A stretch of DNA of 64,000 nucleotides from Malacoraja senta. Taxonomy: Eukaryota. Location: assembly GCA_038087875.1 (NCBI GenBank), contig JAXLNO010000972.1, forward strand, positions 1 to 64,000. The letters are read 5' to 3'. Under the pieces are notes generated by a model. The model was not told where the DNA came from and searched no databases. It saw nothing but the letters and a program-made list of their open reading frames with translations. How positions within the stretch are numbered: the first letter of the stretch is position 1; every line of letters starts with the position of its first letter. The position numbers and the translations under genes are program-made. This document shows positions 1 to 10,413 of the stretch, piece by piece.

Positions 1-480
1 CGTCTATGATGAATAAGGTAATTAAGAGGTTTGGTAGACCTACAGAAATCAGCTTTGACAACGGATTGTTTTCATTTAGGGAGTAGCTAAGTTGGCGATA
101 GAGACCCTTAGAGTAAAATACACATTTGGGTATGTAACACCTGCAGTCACAGGCATGGTGGAAATAATAAATGGAACATTGAAGGTTAATATAAATAAGA
201 TTTGTTTAATTACAAAGTTGAATTGGATCGATGCCCTGCCATTGGCACTGAAGAGATGTTGCATGCAAACTAACCGAGCAGGTGGCACAATGGAGAGGTC
301 CCTACAAGAGACCGAGTTTGGAACAGTTAAAGATAGAATTTTAAAAGTATATGAAAGTTAATTATGATATTCAAGTCTATTTATGAACAGGTAAAGTAAA
401 AGCTGTTGGAGGTGGACCAGGAGGAAGGACCCTTTAAACCTGAAGACAAGGTGTATGTATGAATTTTCTAAACTACCGAC
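1..480 (+). pseudogene. pol: Retroviral integrase core plus C-terminal remnant (lineage X)
   Basis: Translates to RFGRPTEISFDNG...GMVEIINGTLK...NWIDALPLAL, then SIYEQVK...GPFKPEDKVYV, with stops and frameshifts. Confidence 0.8.
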
Positions 481-630
481 CGATGTTCAGGTAGAAGGTT
501 GATATACCTGGTACCATTTCAATAATTACATGGGCTGTCCCGCAGGTATGAATAGATAATAGCCCTGAGGTAAGTGAACAGGAGGACAAAGATGTGAGAA
601 AAGAGTAGAGTTTTAACAAGAATGTTGTTT

Positions 631-1580
631 GACATCAGTGGTGGGCAAAATAATGGAAAGGATACTTAAGTCAATATATAAGAACTTGGATAAATAGGGT
701 AGGATTAGGAAGAATTAGCATGGATTTGTGATTGTGATGTTTGACTAGTCTTGTATTTTTTGAAAAGGTTATTGGGAAAATTGATTAGGGTAAAGTGGTG
801 GATGTTGTCTAGATGAACTTCAGTAAGGCCTTTGACAAGGTTCAATAAGGAAATAAGGTTGGTTAAGAAGGGTTAGTAAGGAATAGCAAGATGGATTAAA
901 AAGTGGCTGTATGGGAGATGTCAGAGAGCAATGGTGGATGGATGTTTGTCAGGTTGGAGGTCAGTGACTAGAGGGGTACCTCGGGGATGTGTGTTGGGTC
1001 CACTGTTGTTTGTCATGTGAATCAATAATCTGGATGTTGGTGTGGTAAAATAGATTAATAAGTATGTAGATGATACTAAGATAGGGGGTTGTGAATAATG
1101 AAGTAGATTTTAAAAGTGTACAGAGAGATTTAGATCATTTGGAAGAGTGGGTTGAAACATGACAGATGGGTTTAATGTTGATAAGTGTGAGATGATACAT
1201 CTTGGCAGGACAAATCAAAATTGAACGTACATGGTAAATGATTGTGAATTGAGGAATGAAGTTGAACAGAGGGATCTAGGAATAACTGTGCATAGTTCCC
1301 TGAAGGTGGAATCTCATGTAGATAGGATGGTAAAGAAAGATTTTGGTGTGTTGGCCTTTATAAATCAGAGCATTGTGTATAGAAGTTGGGTTGTAATGTT
1401 AAATTGTACAAGGTATTGGTGAGGTCAATTGTGGAGTATGGTGTATAATTTTGGTAGGCATAATTATAGGAAAAAGGTCAACAAAATAGAGAGGATACAG
1501 AGGAGATCAATTAGAATGTTGACTGGGTTTCAGCAACTAAGACACAGAGAAAGATTGAACAAGTTAGGTCTTTATTATTT
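631..1580 (+). mobile_element. Internal CR1 LINE RT fragment embedded in ERV copy 1
   Basis: Degenerate CR1 RT motifs (FSKAFDKV, GPLLFV, DDTKIG, RSWVVML) with no CR1 3' tail. The same fragment sits at the same position in ERV copy 2. Confidence 0.88.
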
Positions 1581-1974
1581 AGGAAAGATAGAAGGAGTCC
1601 CAACAATGCAAGGGAACGATGTGTTCCTGAGGAACTATTTACTGGCAGTGTCCCAATCTCTTGCAGAACTAAAAATTAAAGGATTGCTGGCCCAGAGCCC
1701 ACCACTGGACTTCCCGATTCACTCAGTCAAGGCTGGAAACTGGGTATTAATAAAAACGTGGAAAGAAGAAAAGCTGCAACCTAAGTGGACTGGACCCTAC
1801 CTGGTGTTACTAATCACCGAGACGGCAGTACGAACAAAAGAGAAAGGGTGGACATATGCAAGTCGAGTTAAGGGTCCTGTGGGGGCCCCACCAGACAATA
1901 TCAGCCCGTGGACTGTGCGCAAAGGAGAGGAACCATTGACTTTAATATTTACCAAGAACCCGCGGGAAAAATGA
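1581..1974 (+). pseudogene. pol: Second integrase C-terminal domain (lineage Y, gamma/epsilon-like ERV)
   Basis: LAQSPPLDFPIHSVKAGNWVLIKTWKEEKLQPKWTGPYLVLLITETAVRTKEKGWT. Its TGA stop overlaps the env ATG (ATGA at 1971-1974). Confidence 0.9.
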
Positions 1975-3886
1975 AGATTTCGTGTTGGTGGGTCGTGTGT
2001 TCGGTGGTTACCCAACTCGTGAGTAATATAACATGCATAAAAATCACAATACCACAGAATAGAAGGTCCACCACCATCCCGTTTGATGTATGTAAAGGAA
2101 AATGGTGGTGCGGCTATAGAATGTATGTATGCACCCATCCCTGTAAAGATTGGCACGCGGTGTTTATTTCATCAAAATATGGATGGCATCGAACCACCTA
2201 TCAAACTGATAGGTGGAAAGTATATCAAAACCCGAACGAGGGATTGCCAGGACGCGTATATGTAAGCATACAGAGTGTTCAAATGCAGGAAAGTGGTAGG
2301 TATTGGATATGTGCAGATAGAACAGGGAAGGACGCATGCCTGAGGTTTGAGATAGAAGTGAAGCGGGACGGGAATATGGTAAAATATGAGGATGGGAGGG
2401 AAAGGTTCCAGATAGATGACAGTCAGAGCAGGGATCCCTGGGCAACACCAGCATCACCGGTAGTCAGCAAGGTCACCACGGAATATGAGCCTAAGGATTT
2501 GAAGATAATGATAGTAGCAGGAGAAACAGAATTAAGGCAATTATATGAGGAGGGAATACCTACAGGAGGAAAGGGAGCCAATACCTGGCTTGCCTGGATG
2601 ATGTACACGGCCAGGAGTATGCAACATACCAATTGCTACGCCTGCGCCGGAGCTAAGCCTCAGCTGGTTCCAGTACCATTTCCCTTGAATTGGGATAGGA
2701 CACCTGGGGCTATGTCATGTATACTACAGCTATTCACGAATCCCATCCTACCAAAGGATGCGACCTGCCAGAGTTATCATTACCTATTCCCGGCTAGCAA
2801 CAACAATACAAAGGGCCGAAGGACAGACCCTCGACCTCCTCCATTTACCACTCCCCTTGGGGAGGAGGGATTTGAGTGTTATACCAGATATAACCCAGAT
2901 GGACAGGAAATGGCGGAGGTGCTCAACTGCAATCAGACGGATAACATAACGGCTGAGGAACAGGGGCCACTGTTCAAAAGCTCCTGGCTGAGAAAGTAGA
3001 TAGTCAGTAGAGCTGTTGTCTGGTGGTAGTGCGGGGAGAATACCCTGTGGCCCCGGTTACCGGGGTCATGGACGGGCACCTGTATCCCCACACAATTGAT
3101 GATGCCCTTCACCATAGCAGTAGAACATGCTGTAGAACTCAATAAAGGAAGCCAACGACAAAAGAGAGGGGTGAAAGGATCATTCAACACACATATATAT
3201 ATAGATGCGATAGGGGTGCCAAGAGGGGTACCCGATGAATTCAAAGCCAGAAACCAGATAGCTGCGGGCTTTGAGTCCATACTCTTCTGGTGGTCCACAA
3301 TTAATAAAAATGTGGACTGGATCAACTACCTATACTGCAATCAACAACGCTTTATAAATTACACTCGAGATGCGGTTGAAGGATTAGCGGAACAACTGAC
3401 AGATACCAGCCTAATGGCCTGGCAAAATCGCATGGCCTTAGACATGCTACTGGCTGAGAAGGGAGGGGTGTGTGTAATGTTTGGGGAACAATGTTGCACC
3501 TTCATCCCCAACAACACTGCTCCTGATGGGTCAGTATCGAGAGCCCTAGCAGGTCTCACCTCCCTGTCTATCGAATTGGCCGAGAACTCCGGAGTGTTAT
3601 ACCAGATATAACCTCCTGGACCGGGTTTCTAGACTCCTGGTTTGGGAAATGGAAGCACATCTTTACATCAGCCCTAACATCAGTGGTAGTTATGATGGGG
3701 TTGCTGTGTCTATTTGGATGTTGTATCATTCCCTGTGTACGGGGGTTGTCTCAGCGATTGATAGAGACAGCCCTGACCAAGAATGATGCCGCCATGATGG
3801 CCTTTAGAAAACAGTATGACCAGCGAGAGGAAGATAGGGAAGCGAAGAATCTGCTGTTAGCATTAGAAAAGGGGGAGGTAGTATAA
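1971..3886 (+). pseudogene. env: Gamma-type retroviral envelope (SU+TM), disrupted by frameshifts and a stop
   Basis: Signal peptide MKISCWWVVC, furin site RQKR, immunosuppressive domain QNRMALDMLLAEKGGVC, CX6CC (CVMFGEQCC), and anchor VVMMGLLCLFGCCIIPC. Split over ORFs 1971-2999, 3096-3611 and 3683-3886. Confidence 0.93.
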
Positions 3887-3920
3887 ATCAAAGGAGCGAA
3901 GCAAAAGTAAAAGTGTGGAT

Positions 3921-4447
3921 TGTGAGGAAGGGGTTAATAGGTATAGTTGATTTAAACTAAGCAGCACGAACACCCGACAATACACAGATAGATAATAGCC
4001 GTGAGTACAAATGGTGACATTTCAAGGATGGGAAAAAAGGAGACAGCGACAGCCCAGCAAAGAACTAGGGTAAGGGTCATGAGCAACTCTCTGTGCGCAT
4101 GGGCAATGAACTTACATGAATATGTGCACACGCCCATCATAACAAGATGTCTCATTTAAATGCACATGCGATGTATGATCTGGGAGGTACCCTGGGCATT
4201 GCGGGGCGTTGCGGGGCGTTACGGTTAGATTGTGCACCTCAGTGCTCTGATTGGAAGGAGCCTGAAAGGGAGGAATTAAAGGTGTAAACCATTGTAAAAT
4301 GGTGTGAATAAAAGAGAGTGACTTTCCTGGTCTCGGTGTGTCTTGATAGGGGAGACACACGACTCTGCAGACTTGCTAATAAATAAACTTGTTTCTCTAA
4401 ATTCTCTAGCATCGTGATTGTGAGCACTCACTATTTTGCACCTGACA
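3921..4447 (+). repeat. 3' LTR of ERV copy 1 (LTR subtype a)
   Basis: Starts TGTGAG after aaaagtgtggat, contains AATAAA (~4378-4387) and ends CTGACA. The first ~270 bp are homologous to the LTRs of copy 2. Confidence 0.85.
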
Positions 4448-4529
4448 CATATTTAAAAACAAATCTCGTTGGCAAAAGTGCTTACATTTGTTATAAGAAT
4501 AGCACAAACAAAACAAACTACATACATAT
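4448..4529 (-). mobile_element. Piece of an L2 LINE 3' UTR lying between ERV1 and Gypsy-1
   Basis: Reverse complement reads ...aatgtaagcacttttgccaacgagatttgtttttaaat, an L2-type tail. It joins the L2 fragment at 9279-9449 once Gypsy-1 is removed. Confidence 0.6.
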
Positions 4530-4826
4530 TGTAGATGAGATATGCATGTGCCTTTAACATAGTGACCTCATACCCACTAACCACTCCCCATATCACAAGT
4601 ATAACTACAACCTCCACACCCACAGATCGCTCTCTAGTTCCTGTGACAGACCACGTACAGCTAGTGCAATGTATAAGGATCCAGTATGAATAAAGATAGT
4701 AAAGTAACGATGCCTCGTTAACAATCCTTTACATGGTGTCAAATAACTTACCTTGCGCCTCCTGTTTATCGGTTTATCATTTAATTTTGACCCAGTTTTT
4801 TTGTTCCCCCCCAACTGTTTCTTGTT

Positions 4827-5888
4827 ATGGCCTCTTCTGCCCGTAAGCCCGATGCGCTCGTTTTTGATTTCGACATCGCCCTCCGATGGGACATATTCAA
4901 ACGTGACTTTGAACACTATTTCACGATTGCCCATCCTGGCGCCACCCCCGCTCTCAAAGCCTCTCTGCTTCTCAACTTGGCTGGTCCCGACGCCCTGACT
5001 CGCTCCGACTTCTTCGTCTACGCTGCTGGAGAAACTGCTCGGGACCCGGTATGTCTGTTGGCTAAGTTTGACGCTATTTGTGACATTCCGACTAATTGCA
5101 TTTTAGAACGTTTTAAACTGCTCGCGCGGCGTCAGCTCCCTGGGGAATCTGCTGAGAACTATGTCATTGCGCTGCGAGACCTGGGCAGGCGCTGCCGCCT
5201 CGAGACGTGGACCCCCGATAATGTCATCAGGGACCTACTGGTTTACGGTCTCCGTGATGAGAAGCTCAGGTCCGAACTACTTCGCAAGCCGGATTTGACC
5301 TTGGCCGATGCAATGCACGCTACTCGCTTAGCTGACGCTGTTTCCGCGGCGGCGCCGCCGGCTGAACAGGCGATCAACTTTGCCAGCACTCCTAGCTATC
5401 TCATGAACGCACCCCAGTCGCGACCCCCGGTGTCGCTCACTGCTCGAGGGGGACGCGCCCCGGGGTCCGGTGCTGCTACAAGGGGAGGCACCCAGCAAAG
5501 GTGCCCTAATTGCAACTTCACAACTCATCAGTTCAATGTATGCCCTGCTCTCGGGAAGAATTGCAACTCTTGCAACAAGTTGAACCATTTTGCTGCAGCC
5601 TGTCGTTCCCGTGGGAAGCCTGTCGCTGCTCGAAGGCAAAATTTAAACAACCTTCTACAGTCGGATAATGAGCTCAGCTCCCAGCACTATTCTGATGAAC
5701 ATTCTGTTCCTACATCTAACTCCTCTCAGGGGGAGACTAGCTTGTTTACCGTGGTGGACGCACCTGCTATGATAACGGATCCTTCTGTGCAAGTCACTGT
5801 GAACAACTCGACCTTCACGGCCAAAATCGACACTGGGGCGGTTACCAAATTTTATGTCAACATCCCTTTTCAACCAGATAAGAACTAA
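4827..5888 (+). CDS. gag: Gypsy-1 gag plus protease start
   Basis: 353-aa ORF with IRDLLVYGL, zinc knuckles (CPNC...CPALGKNCNSCNKLNHFAAAC) and protease motif DTGA. Frameshifts at about 5850. Confidence 0.9.
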   Translation: MASSARKPDALVFDFDIALRWDIFKRDFEHYFTIAHPGATPALKASLLLNLAGPDALTRSDFFVYAAGETARDPVCLLAKFDAICDIPTNCILERFKLLARRQLPGESAENYVIALRDLGRRCRLETWTPDNVIRDLLVYGLRDEKLRSELLRKPDLTLADAMHATRLADAVSAAAPPAEQAINFASTPSYLMNAPQSRPPVSLTARGGRAPGSGAATRGGTQQRCPNCNFTTHQFNVCPALGKNCNSCNKLNHFAAACRSRGKPVAARRQNLNNLLQSDNELSSQHYSDEHSVPTSNSSQGETSLFTVVDAPAMITDPSVQVTVNNSTFTAKIDTGAVTKFYVNIPFQPDKN

Positions 5889-8800
5889 TGAGCAGATATT
5901 TTCTCAGAGCTCAAACCTGCATGCCTACGGTGGGGAGATCCTTACTCCTGTGGGCAAGGCCACACTACACTGTAAGATACTGAAGGCCACTCGGCCCCTC
6001 ACCTTCTTTCTCCTCAATCGAAGATGCGTTCCCCTGCTGGGGATCCAGGCATGCCAGGAAATGGGACTGGTGTCCTTCCACCGGGACATCCACCACGTGC
6101 AGGCTCTTATGGACCCGCTGGCCGATTATCCCGACCGCTTTGATGATAAGCTAGGCAAACTACCCTGCAGCTACAAGATTGAAGTGGACCATAAAATCGT
6201 TCCTGTGGTCCATGCTCCTCACCGTATTTCCTTCGCCATGAGGGACAAAGTGTAGGCGACCCTACACAGCATGGTACAATTGGGCGTCCTAAAGGCGGTC
6301 GTCGAGCCCACCAGCTGGGTCTCTTCCATGGTTGTTGCTGCTAAAAAGGGCATGAGTGAGATACGCATCTGCATCAACCCCAGAGACCTCAACCTGGCCA
6401 TTCGGCGCCCTCACTACCCTATGAGAACGGTGGAAGACGTCGCTGCACAGGTTGGTCCAGCAACGGTTTTTTCGGTCCTCGATGCCAAAAGCTCATTCTG
6501 GCAGATACCACTGGACGAGCGGTCGTCCATTTTGACAACCTTCGCCACCCCCTACGGAAGGTTTCGGTTCCTCCGAATGCCCTTCGGAATCAACTCTGCC
6601 AGCGAGGTATTCCAGCGAACCATGGAACAGTTGTTTTCAGATCTGCCTTGCGCCATAATTGTTGACGACATCCTCGTTTACGGTAAGGATGTTGCCGAAC
6701 ACGATGTCAACCTCCGCCTGATCCTGGACCGGGCCAGGCAAATCAACTTGAAACTGAACCCCAAGAAGTGCCGATTCCGCGTCTCGGAAGTCACCTATGT
6801 TGGACATGTATTCACCGCTGAGGGGCTAAAGCCAGACCCGCAGAAAACGGCTGCCATCTCAGGGATGCCTCCTCCTACTAACGTGGCAGGCCTGCAACGC
6901 TTCCTCGGCTTGGTAAACTACCTGGGGAAGTTCATCCCCGACCTCAGCGAGCTCAGCGCTCCCCTGAGGTATCTGATCAAAAAGGACACTTCCTGGCTTT
7001 GGTTACCCAATCATCAGAAGGCATTTGACATTCTTAAGTCTAAACTGATCAGCACACCCACGCTCAAGTTCTTTGACCTGCAGCGTCCCATTGTCCTCAC
7101 CTGCGACGCCTCTCAATTCGGACTCGGTGCCGCCTGCCTCCAGGTCCATGACGGCCTGCAGCTGCCTGTCTCCTTCGCGTCCCGCACCATGACCGCCACC
7201 GAACAGCACTACGCGCAGATTGAGAAGGAGCTACTGGCCGTGGTGTTTGCCTGTTCCAAATTCCGGGACTACATCATGGGCAACACATTCACCGTTGAAA
7301 CTGACCATCAACCACTTGTTACCATCCTCAACAAACCGATCCATGTGGCCTCATCACGTCTGCAGCGCATGCTGCTGCAGCTCCAGCGTTCCACGTTCAC
7401 GGTGGTTTATCGTAAGGGGAAGGACATGTTCGTAGCCGACACGTTGTCTCGCGCCCCGCTGACGTCCACTGCTCGCCACCAATACGAAATGTCTGAGTTA
7501 CTAGTACTACGATTGAACTTCGTCCCCTCGCCACAGATGAAGTCCCTGGTTGAACACACTACCAACGACCCTGCCCTGCAACAGCTGTCTGCCGTCATCC
7601 GGCAGGGCTGGCCTGACCGTCGCTCGGCAATGCCGGCTGGAGCCGTGCCCTACTTCCTGATTCGGGACGAGCTCGTATTGCACGACGGCGTGATGGTGAA
7701 GGGTCACAAAGTGGTCGTGCCCGCGGCGCTGCACGACCAATATTTTCAAGTCGCACACCGCGGTCACACTGGGGCCGAAGCCACTTTGTCTCTCGCCAGG
7801 AGCCAGTTCTATTGGCCGGATATGGCAAAGTACATCCGGGAGAGGATCTCATCGTGTTCCACCTGCAACAGCCGCGCCCCCCATCAGCAGCGTCAGCCGC
7901 TTCTACAGCAGCCCGCGCCCGGACTGCCCTGGATGGCGCTCGCCACAGACATTTTCGAGTGGCGGGGCAAACATTTCCTGGTACTCGTAGACTTCTACTC
8001 CAGCTGGTTTGCGGTTGACCGGCTGCCTTCCGTGACCTCTTCGGCCGTCATCGACAGGTTGTACCCTCACTTTAGCACTTTTGGCCCCCCGGCAAGCTTG
8101 CAGTCGGACAATGGCAGCCAGTTCACGAGCTCCGAGTTTAAAGCGTTCGCTTCCAGATGGAACTTTCGCCATTTCACAAGCAGCCCGGAGTACCCGCAAA
8201 GCAACGGTTTGGCCGAGCGCGCGGTCCGCAGTGCTAAGCACTTGTTGGAACAGTGTGGTGGCATTAACTCCGACTTCCACCTGGCCCTCCTCAGCCTTCG
8301 GAACATTTCCCGCGACCCTGCCATGGGTTCACCTGCTCAGCGGCTCCTGTCTCGCGCTACCAGGCTCCCACTCCCGGTGGCCCAGCGATCCCTCATACCC
8401 TCGGTCCTTCCACCTGCGGCGGTTCAGAAACGAATTGCCTTCAGGCAAGACGTCCAAAAGCGTTCCCATGACAGGTCCTGCCACCCGCTGCCGCCCCTCT
8501 TCCCCGGTCAAGTAGTCCGTATGCAGACCACTCCCGGTCACTCCAAGCTCGCTAGTGTCGTCGGCTCTGCGGGGTCGCCCAGGTCCTATTTCGTCGACTA
8601 CGTTGGGACCATTTACCGACGGTCCCGCCAGCACCTTCGGCTCGTCCACGAGCCGCGTCCTCCTGCCGCCGATCCCTTTGCTCCCCCGCTGCCTGTTTCG
8701 CGTCCGGCCGTTGCCCTGCCCGTGATTCCTGACATGCCTCGCTCTGCTCCTCTTTCGCCCCCTCCGCTCCAACACACTCCGACTAGTCCTCGCTCGCCCC

Positions 8801-9000
8801 CCCGCGCTCTTCCCGGTCCCGGCCCCGCATCCCCTCCGGTTTCGGTGCCGCGGTCTCTTCCGTTTCCTCCCGTTTCTCCCTTTCAGGTTCGTCTGTCCCC
8901 GCTGGTGCCTCTTCCTCCTGCAGGAAGGGTGGATGGCGAGACGCGAACCCGGGCGGGACGTCTTGTCAAACCGCCTGACCGCTATGGCGATGTTGCCTAG
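5854..9000 (+). CDS. pol: Gypsy-1 pol (PR end, RT, RNase H, integrase), one in-frame TAG at 6253-6255
   Basis: RMPFG, IVDD, CDASQFGLGA, YAQIEKELLA, H-H-C-C zinc finger, SDNGSQF and SNGLAER. Pro-rich tail ending TRAGRLVKPPDRY. Confidence 0.95.
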
Positions 9001-9278
9001 CTATCCTAGCGCATGAGCCGTGGTCGCCATGTCACCTTTGTATTTGCCTGTCGTTTCGGAGAGGAAGGATGTAGATGAGATATGCATGTGCCTTTAACAT
9101 AGTGACCTCATACCCACTAACCACTCCCCATATCACAAGTATAACTACAACCACCACACCCACAGATCGCTCTCTAGTTCCTGTGACAGACCACGTACAG
9201 CTAGTGCAATGTATAAGGATCCAGTATGAATAAAGATAGTAAAGTAACGATGCCTCGTTAACAATCCTTTACACATAT

Positions 9279-9449
9279 ATACATGTAGCCCTCACTCAGA
9301 GGACGTCAGGAAAGGTTTGGGAGTATAGATACGTTTTTAGTCTTGACTTAAGAGTCGATGGAGGGGGCAGTTCTGATGGGAAAGGGGATGCTGTTCCACA
9401 GTCTAGGGGCTGCAACCGCAAAGGCCCGGTCGCCCCTGAGCTTATGCCT
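9279..9449 (-). mobile_element. L2 LINE 3' end fragment
   Basis: Minus strand translates to RHKLRGDRAFAVAAPRLWNSIP...KSRLKTYLYSQTFPDVL*, typical of the L2 ORF2 C-terminus. Confidence 0.8.
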
Positions 9450-10105
9450 AGGGGAGAGAGAGGGGGAGAGAGAGGGGGGTGAGAGAGAGGGGGGGAGAGA
9501 GGGGGAGAGAGAGGGGGAGAGAGAGGGGGTGAGAGAGGGGGAGATAGGTCAGCCATGGTTGCAAGGCGGAGTGGACTCGGGAAGTTGGCGATATGCAGAG
9601 AACTGCCCTGCTGACAACAAATTCATAAAGGTCCAATGGAGACAATGTCAAGTGTGAAATGGGCCGAAGGGCCTTTTCCGGATGCTCTCGGCTCCCCGCA
9701 TCCACCCCGTTGTCCCGCAAGGTCGGCTTGGTGACTTTGGGGAGTTATTGGGGCAAATGGTTTAGAAATGAGACAGAAATCAGCCTGCAGGGCCTCATTA
9801 AGTGTGGATATAGTGTGAGTTATAAAGTGTGGGGAACCGCCTGCCAGCGCCTGTGCATACTCCCCCTGCTGCATTAAAGGGAACGCATGCCTCCCCCGCT
9901 GCATGGCAATGCTTTTATCTTTACCTGCTCTTCACAGCTGCATTCTGGAGGCGCTTTCCGGCGGGAGGGGGACGCTTTAGGGCGGCGCACCGGAGCTGGC
10001 AAAGCGGGACGGTGGGTCTCAGGCGTCCGGGTGGAGGGCGAAACGCCGAATATTGGTTCCGGGGTGGATTTTTTGTTGATTGTTTGGGGCATTGAGGGTG
10101 GGGTG
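9450..10105. repeat. Segment A: GA-rich tract plus ~560-bp GC-rich unclassified sequence (copy 1)
   Basis: Direct repeat of ~25055-25822, from gggagataggtcagccatggttgcaaggcgga to cattgagggtggg. Confidence 0.85.
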
Positions 10106-10413
10106 TGTAACAATAGGATTGTTTATTTAAGTAGTTGTACGGAGGACTGTTTTACAGGTGACACCGGGCTCGCGGCCCAGTTGGGATGATGGCTGCACAA
10201 AGACAATAAAGTTCAAGTAAGCAAGACTACTTTAATCGTCCATTATGTATCGTCCAGATAGACCAAGAACATAATGAAACATGGTGGCAGCGGTGGACGT
10301 CGAAAATTGTCAGAATTAACTAGAAAAGTGAAAGTTTAGCTAGCTAGCAGCAGGCTAACGTTAGCCTTACAGAAGCCGGCAAAGAAAAAAAAAACAACAG
10401 CTAGCTGACAGCG

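Larger units (their letters stand above)
1..4447 (+). mobile_element. ERV provirus copy 1 (3' part; 5' end outside window), defective and chimeric
   Basis: Integrase fragments, then env, a purine-rich PPT-like stretch and a TG...CA LTR (3921-4447). The internal sequence is colinear with 17090-24320. Confidence 0.92.
4530..9273 (+). mobile_element. Gypsy-1: full-length Ty3/Gypsy LTR retrotransposon (Mag-like), young
   Basis: 204-bp LTRs at 4530-4733 and 9070-9273 with 1 mismatch. 5-bp TSD CATAT (4525-4529, 9274-9278). PBS TGGTGTCA at 4734 (tRNA-Leu-like). PPT ggagaggaagga at 9058-9069. Confidence 0.97.

Noticed and set aside
1908-3886. ERV1 env as a syncytin-like domesticated gene
   Set aside because: Frameshift near 2995, stop at ~3027 (WW*CG) and frameshift near 3605, so it is not intact.
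7003-8775. Multiple overlapping ORFs on both strands within Gypsy-1 pol
   Set aside because: Shadow ORFs of GC-rich coding sequence with no motifs.
9296-9720. PPLS-repeat and REGE-repeat ORFs (also 24875-25246 and 25496-25983)
   Set aside because: They are translations of GA/CT low-complexity tracts.
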